Source: Caecitellus pseudoparvulus
Taxonomy: Eukaryota; Protista; Bigyra: Bicosoecida
Direction of reading: 5' to 3'
Length of the DNA: 64,000 nt
Assembly (NCBI GenBank): GCA_965644315.1
Contig: CBFFRQ010000019.1
Location: 418,057 to 482,056, forward strand
Made by a program: the position numbers and the translations under genes. Under the pieces are notes generated by a model that was not told where the DNA came from, searched no databases, and worked only from the letters and a program-made list of their open reading frames with translations. Positions 58,486-64,000 of this stretch are shown here, in pieces (position 1 is the first letter of the stretch; each line of letters begins with the position of its first letter).

Positions 58486-60690
58486 TCACTTCGGTAGGGC
58501 AGATCCCGCTGCCGTGGCTGTGCCTTGCGAAGCGCAGGAAAGTGTCAGCCGGTGAACGAGGTCGCCCCTCGTACCAATGCAAGACAACCCCGTTTCTTCA
58601 CATCGTTGGCGAAGCTGGTCGATGGTCATCCGCGCTATCGAGTCCGGGTCCAGACAAGGGTCACCCTCAAGGAGAAGTCCAGACGCAAACTCCACGAGCG
58701 GGCTGTCCTCCAAACCAGATCCCGGACACTGCAACAGGCTAAGCTCCACTGGAGTGCAGTTCTTGTCCAATGCCAACCTCTCTGCGATCAGAGGGAGTGT
58801 GTTGTACAAGTGCGTCGCTGCTCCCGAGGAGTGCAGCTCTTGTTCCTCGGTTCCATCCTCGTGGTAGTAGTACACCTCCCACATTGCGGTGTAGGGGTGG
58901 ACCAACACTGCGTAGCCTCGCTCGGGTTGTGACCCCCCCGAGTACATGAGAGGTTCGTTTTGCCGAAGGACCATCCCGTGAAACCACTTTCGCAGTCGTG
59001 GCATGACTTCCTGTTGTGCACTGCCTCGACTCCGTGTATGACGGGGTTGACCCGGCACAGCAGATGCTGTGCCGGGCTTCTTGCTCCTCTTCTTCAAGGA
59101 TGACAAGCCCCCTTGGTCCAGGTCCTGCAGCACCTCGCGATCAAGTCCATGGAGCAGCGTCGTCATGGTTTGGATCTGCTCCCAAAGCTCTGACGAGGCC
59201 CCGCGAGGGGGCTGGGCTTCAACCTCAGGCGCAGATTCCCCTTGTGCATCACGCACAGCTTTGGCAACGGCCTGATAAGCCACCTTCATGGGTCGCTTGT
59301 TGCGCCGGACTTGCATCAGTCGGGGCAGGTCTTCAAATGTGCGATCTGCTGCCTCCCCTAATGCACGGTCGGCCTTTACAGTGAGATGGAGCAAGCTCAA
59401 CGAGTGATTCTTTCGAAGCAGCCATGACTCGCTTCGGAGGCTGCGACGAGTGTAAAGCATCCGAAATGCAACAAGACCTGTGACCGCCTTGACCGTCAAG
59501 AGCAGAAGTGCCTTTTGGTCTGCGAGGAACGGCATCTGTGAGTGTCTTTCGCTCAACCTACCATTGAACGACTTGATGACGTTGTTGCAGTTCTCCACTA
59601 CAAGCCTTGCGCTGCTTATCATCTCCGTTCGCAGATCCAAGCTAAGCAGCATCCCAGACGCCATGCGCAGCCTCTCGAGCTCTTCGGCATCCTCCCACCC
59701 AGCCTCAATGTGCTGGGTGATCTTGTCGGCCCACTGTTTGAGGTGGGATGGCTTGTCTCCCGCTACAATGTGCTTGTTGGAGTGCCAGTACAATGCATCT
59801 CCTAGCAGCAGATCGCCTGGCTCCATGACTCCATGGCGGCGCAGGGTTCGCACCGCGTCTGACGCCGCCGCAACTTCAGACTGTGATCCAGGCCCCATCT
59901 CAAAAATAGCCAAGGGAACTCCAGTGAGGTCTGTCACAAGCAGGAAGTCGTAACCTGGAATCTTGTGGTGGACGTTGTAGTGGGATTGGGGTCGGCCCGG
60001 CATCGCTTGCATCGGGATGGTTACCCCATCCACTGCCCCGACAACACGGCCAAGTGCGCCGCCAAAAATCCCGTGAGACACGTCCCGCTGATCTTCGGGT
60101 ATCTTGAGCATCAAATTTCTGGTGGCAACAGAGAGGACGAAGGGAATCACCTCCCGGAAGATCCCATGCATAGATCCTTCCGGCATCTTCGTAATGATCG
60201 CCAGAGCGGCAGGAGGGTGCCCACGGAGCTGGGAAATGCAAATGAAAATCCGTACAAAGGCTGAGTGCTGCTTGGTTTGCATGTTTTTGGCCTTTACGAG
60301 AGCTCTCTGGACTTCGTCAGAGAAGTGCCTGTACATCTCTGCGTTCATCCCCGTTAACCTCCAACAGTGCCTCGGGTTCTGCAGCGTCGCTTCAATAGAC
60401 TGGCGAATGACAAGTGGCTTGATCCTACGAAGCCTACCTCTGCCTTTTGCTGCTCCGAACTTCGCTTCCCGCTGATCCCTGCGGGTGTAGCCTTCGGCTC
60501 GAAGCTGGCCTGCCAAGGCATGCACCGAGTGTACAAGCAACGACTGCCCTGTGACAAGTGAGGCCGCACCAAGGTTCATCATGTGGGCACTTGCTTCAAG
60601 AATTCCTTGAGCTATTCCGCGTGACGACCTTTCCGGGACAGCTGTGGCCGTTCGCAACGGGGCGCCGGATCGGTCTCGTTTCGTCGCCAT
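58486..60690 (-). CDS. Harbinger/IS5-type DDE transposase (DDE_Tnp_4-like) with C-terminal SAP domain
   Basis: VGAVDGVTIP, HYNVHHKIPGY, GPGSQSE, LLLGDALY, ARLVVENCNNVIK; C-terminal MTIDQLRQRCEETGLSCIGTRGDLVHRL fits the SAP consensus; 734 aa from ATG. Confidence 0.92.
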   Translation of the reverse strand: MATKRDRSGAPLRTATAVPERSSRGIAQGILEASAHMMNLGAASLVTGQSLLVHSVHALAGQLRAEGYTRRDQREAKFGAAKGRGRLRRIKPLVIRQSIEATLQNPRHCWRLTGMNAEMYRHFSDEVQRALVKAKNMQTKQHSAFVRIFICISQLRGHPPAALAIITKMPEGSMHGIFREVIPFVLSVATRNLMLKIPEDQRDVSHGIFGGALGRVVGAVDGVTIPMQAMPGRPQSHYNVHHKIPGYDFLLVTDLTGVPLAIFEMGPGSQSEVAAASDAVRTLRRHGVMEPGDLLLGDALYWHSNKHIVAGDKPSHLKQWADKITQHIEAGWEDAEELERLRMASGMLLSLDLRTEMISSARLVVENCNNVIKSFNGRLSERHSQMPFLADQKALLLLTVKAVTGLVAFRMLYTRRSLRSESWLLRKNHSLSLLHLTVKADRALGEAADRTFEDLPRLMQVRRNKRPMKVAYQAVAKAVRDAQGESAPEVEAQPPRGASSELWEQIQTMTTLLHGLDREVLQDLDQGGLSSLKKRSKKPGTASAVPGQPRHTRSRGSAQQEVMPRLRKWFHGMVLRQNEPLMYSGGSQPERGYAVLVHPYTAMWEVYYYHEDGTEEQELHSSGAATHLYNTLPLIAERLALDKNCTPVELSLLQCPGSGLEDSPLVEFASGLLLEGDPCLDPDSIARMTIDQLRQRCEETGLSCIGTRGDLVHRLTLSCASQGTATAAGSALPK

Positions 60691-61599
60691 CACCACTGGG
60701 TGAGAATTCGGCTTGGAAGAGGAAACCGGGCGAACAAATGGCGGAAGTTATGAGAAAGCTTGAGGTTGGCCATGAATTGCGTGAAATTTTTGAGCCAGCG
60801 CTTATTCTGAAAGAGGTAGACGGCCTTGGGTGATTGGCCGTTTTCTTTCGGTGCCCGTAACGCCAACGGCCAACGGCACCATCAAACAAAAAACTCAAAT
60901 TTGAAGTATTTGAATTTTGGCGAAGCCCCCCCGCCGGGTCTTGTTGCGCAAAACCTCCAAGAACGCAAAATTGCTCTAAGAATGTTGAGCATAGTGCTAG
61001 ACCTTATATCAGTTTGTCCTACATTTGCCCTTATTGCAGGGTTTCACGAGACCTACTTGTGAGTGCCCGGCTGCCATGCGCTTGGCACCCACATCATGTT
61101 GAGGCCGCGCCGCGGCTTGCTGGTGGCGCTTGCGTTCAAGGCGAGTAGTTCGAGCTTCTGAAGCCAGCCGCTCCTGAACCTCACGAAGCCGTTGGACTTG
61201 TGCTTCTTTGTACGCCTTCATCCGCCTGCGACGACAATGGACCATATGGCCGCCAAGAGCTCGTTCGTCGTCGAACTCCTTGTTGCAGAGCTTGCAGCGG
61301 GCGCTCATTCTGAGTCTTCTGTAGCGTGAGGGCACCGGCGGAGTTCCGTTGCTTGCGTTGGCGCCCCTACCGTACGTACGCAACGCGCACAGCGAGGCGA
61401 GAACGCAACACAATGCCAGGCAGCCGTAGCATCTTCATGTTGGTCGTTGGTGTGTGTTGGGCTGTGGGCATTGAAGGCGCCTTGCAACCTCGTCCAGTGC
61501 ATTTCCAGTCTGTCTCGACATTCCACCGTTGCATGTACTTTCAGACCCACCAAGTCCTCAGATACGCTTTTTGTTGCACACCCACCCCAACCATTCACC

Positions 61600-63641
61600 A
61601 TGTCACTTCACTTTGATGAAATGGGCTCTGACAGCGAGGATGCAGGGGACACAACGGCAAGTGTCGTGGCTTCGTTAAGTATCGCCACACCCCTCGAGGC
61701 TGCACACCTCTTCAACCGCAGCACGGCTGCCAAAGCTGTGATGGCCGGGAAACGTCGACGGGATGTTGTGCTTTGGGCATCTCACCCTGGCAACTGCACT
61801 GGGTCCGTCGTTGGGGTGCCTGACGTTCTGGAGGGTAATGGTACGTACTGGTTCGCGCCACAGGATCGACGCCCGTGCAGCGCCTCCCCACCCCACCCTA
61901 GCATCATGTGCAGGTGATGCCAACGCACTCACATGCCTTGATGACAGGGAGCTATTCGGCACAGCTAGGGGCGGTTCTAGTGCTGCCATTGCGGCTCGTA
62001 CGTACCTGCTCTGCAGTCACGGTAGCCACAGCGTTCTAACGGCCACTGCTAAGCTTCGTTGGACCGGACCAATCCCGCTCCCCTTCCCCAGAAGCCTTCG
62101 CCGCAAATACAATGGCGAGCTGCAGACCGATCAAGGCACCAAGGCCGCTTGACCTTGCTGAGAAGCTTGAATCGGCGAAGGAGCTGCTTGAGTCTATTGG
62201 CACGCCCAGCGAGAAACGTCTCATCGAGTTGTTGAACGAGGTTTTCGTTTGGAGCGCAAACACCATGTCCCTTGTCCAACTCTCACTTGGCCTGGGGCAA
62301 TTCAGAACTTCACAGGTAGTGGGTATGGTTGGTCCACTAACGCAGAAGCAGGAAGCAAAGAACTCCAAGAAACGTGGAGCTCGTGGGGGAGACCAGCTGG
62401 GTGAACTCTTAGAGCCCGTGGGGGCGCAGACTCAATCCCATGGCCCCGAAAGTTCAGGGCAGAAGCCCGCCGCATCGTGGTCGACCTCATCCTCGAGAAC
62501 CCTTCGTTCATCTTGGCAGACCCCGAGAACCTGGTAGACACACTACGAGCAGCCATCGAGGCAGTTGAGGCCGAGCAGAACGTTGCCCGAGAGGTGGCTG
62601 GAGCCACAGAGGAAGGGGGAGATGGGGTGCCGGTTGGAGCACAAGCCACGAGCCGGGCTCTAGACGACCCTAGGTTCTCAGCACCGTGGAAGTTCAAATG
62701 CCTCGAAAACGTGATAGCAGCAGCGAGGAAGGTTTCGATACAGAAGGAGCTTACCGAGCGGGGTGGCGTGCTTTGCGCGCTGAAGGACATGGCGAAGAGC
62801 AGCAAGAGTGCGAGTTACGCCGGGCTGAAGGCCGCCATGAGCAATGTCAGGAGCAAGTGCCGCGCCAAAATCACGAGGTGAGTGCCCAGAGGACTCCTTC
62901 CGAGTCCGTGGAGCGCAGCATAGCAGACTTCTGAGCATTGCGCAGTTCGGAATGCCTAGGAAAGTTCGAACCGTGGCACGAGATGCAGAGGAAGTACGAG
63001 CCAGTCCATGAGAAGTGCACCGGAGGTGCAAGCATTCAGCTTGACCACGACCCAGCCTTCTTCGAGGTGTCTTCCGAGGACCCTGAGTACCGCCACAGTT
63101 GGGTGCCCAAGGTAAGTATGTGTGTGAGTCTAGACCCGCACAGGTGATGCTGGGCCCGAATGCTCCTTTCTCATGCATTCTCTTTGTGCCACAGGCTGAG
63201 AGGGGCAAAAAAAGGGCTGATCGATCAAGGCACCGCCTGTGCTTGCAGGAAGTCAACGTTGCCCGTGAGGCCATCGTCAATCATACCACCATCAAGGCTG
63301 TTTTCAAACGCCGGGGATCCGAGGACTCCAGTAGCGGCCCCCGTTTCGACCCCAGCTTCAGGCGTTTGGAAGCGGCGCTCAGTGGCCCAGAAGATGTGGC
63401 AAAAGGGGCCAGGATTGTCTTACGATGGATGGAGGCTGCGTACAACGTTGCTGTCGACTGCTTGAACGTGAAGAACAAGCAGTGGGTGACTGATTGTGGG
63501 GACCTGAGCAGCCTGACCGTTGACGACAAGGTGCGTGCGTGCTGTATGTTGGCCATGCTGTGGACGTCGTTACGCATGAAGCACCACGTACAGACGGAGA
63601 TGGCCGTGCTTACGCACAAAATTGTGTCCAGGATAACCTGA
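61600..63641 (+). CDS. unknown multi-exon gene inside the Plavaka-like element
   Basis: Successive + ORFs (61447, 61763, 62112, 62477, 62938, 63099) link through GT-AG introns, e.g. 61841-61913, 61998-62091, 62878-62945, 63112-63143. One junction near 62320-62430 is uncertain. Confidence 0.6.
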
Positions 63642-63754
63642 CATGCCCTCCCTCGACCTGGCGCCGAGCCATCCGTGCTGAAGCTACTTCATTGTTCTTC
63701 AGGTTGTCAAGGTGTGTTTCAATGCAATCGATTCACGGCAGACCGAACTTGTTG

Positions 63755-63968
63755 CGCTAGCGAAGAATGTACTACTAGGAAAAATGTCCAGCTGGGCGGT
63801 GCGCTAGTAGTGCGCTGGGCGGCCCTCCGTACTAGTAGCGCCTCGCCCAGCGAAATTTACTAGTACCGAGCACAACCACCCCCGCTCACTAGTGTGCCTC
63901 TGGGCATGCATTCTCACTAGCATTGCAGTCGCCCCACTCACTTCACTAGCGCAAAATTGAGCTCTAGA
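63755..63968 (-). repeat. right subterminal CTAG/CACTAG array
   Basis: About 9 CTAG cores in ~215 bp, including CACTAG (inverse of the left motif) at 63887, 63915, 63944. Confidence 0.8.
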
Positions 63969-64000
63969 AAAAAAACACTCTTCAAACTCTCCTTACAGAG

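Larger units (their letters stand above)
56643..61055. mobile_element. PIF/Harbinger(PHIS)-type DNA transposon, copy 2 (4413 bp, intact)
   Basis: Same TIRs as copy 1; flanking CTTGT duplication (56638-56642, 61056-61060); ORF translations identical to copy 1 except across the C7/C6 run. Confidence 0.95.
53627..61308 (-). pseudogene. Plavaka-type transposase (~1087 aa when restored), split by insertion
   Basis: PLVIFMDEV..ALYPMML, IIQLSADMVE..CVQC, PDPIH, YPKAH..H, FG..LDTDNGEGRH motifs in 53627..56617; N-terminal zinc finger CKLCNKEF..LGGHMVHC at ~61296-61234. Removing the insertion plus one TSD fuses both parts in frame. Confidence 0.82.
52768..64000. mobile_element. Plavaka/CACTA(EnSpm)-like DNA transposon, interrupted by Harbinger-type copy 2
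   Basis: Left end begins CACTAGTAA (52768); CTAG-rich subterminal arrays at both ends; imperfect inverted match AGTGTTTTTT / AAAAAACACT near both ends; Plavaka-type transposase. Right end at or just past the window edge; TSD not checkable. Confidence 0.75.

Noticed and set aside
56643-61055. Segmental duplication, or LTR pair bracketing the 47 kb between the copies
   Set aside because: Each copy has its own TIRs and its own TSD; the intervening DNA is ordinary host genes.
52768-64000. Fanzor/TnpB or TET/JBP cargo
   Set aside because: No RuvC-plus-zinc-finger pattern or 2OG-Fe(II) HxD..H pattern recognisable in the element ORFs.
1-64000. tRNA/rRNA genes
   Set aside because: None recognised by eye; a tRNAscan/Infernal run is needed to exclude them.

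Overview
GC-rich, gene-dense eukaryotic DNA with short GT-AG introns (donor mostly GTGCGT); probably a flagellate protist, possibly a stramenopile (inference only). Host genes: a partial P-loop NTPase (missed by the ORF track), a TALE/KNOX-like homeobox gene, pelota, a SAC3/THP3-family gene, a ~5060-aa C2-IQ-Ig-RCC1 protein, a TMEM104-like transporter, a polycystin-2-like channel, an F-box-like gene, TVP23, ATP synthase OSCP, a PX-BAR sorting nexin and a cyclase/kynurenine formamidase-family gene, plus several hypotheticals. Mobile DNA: two near-identical 4.4-kb PIF/Harbinger-type transposons (5371-9782, 56643-61055) with TAGG..CCTA TIRs, atypical 5-bp TSDs and a SAP-fused transposase. The second copy sits inside the transposase gene of a Plavaka/CACTA-like element (52768 to ~64000) that has CTAGTG subterminal arrays and an unknown spliced second gene. 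A DNA motif TGCGGAA(A)TT recurs on both strands and in several reading frames inside coding sequence. All calls are by eye from motifs; no database searches were run.
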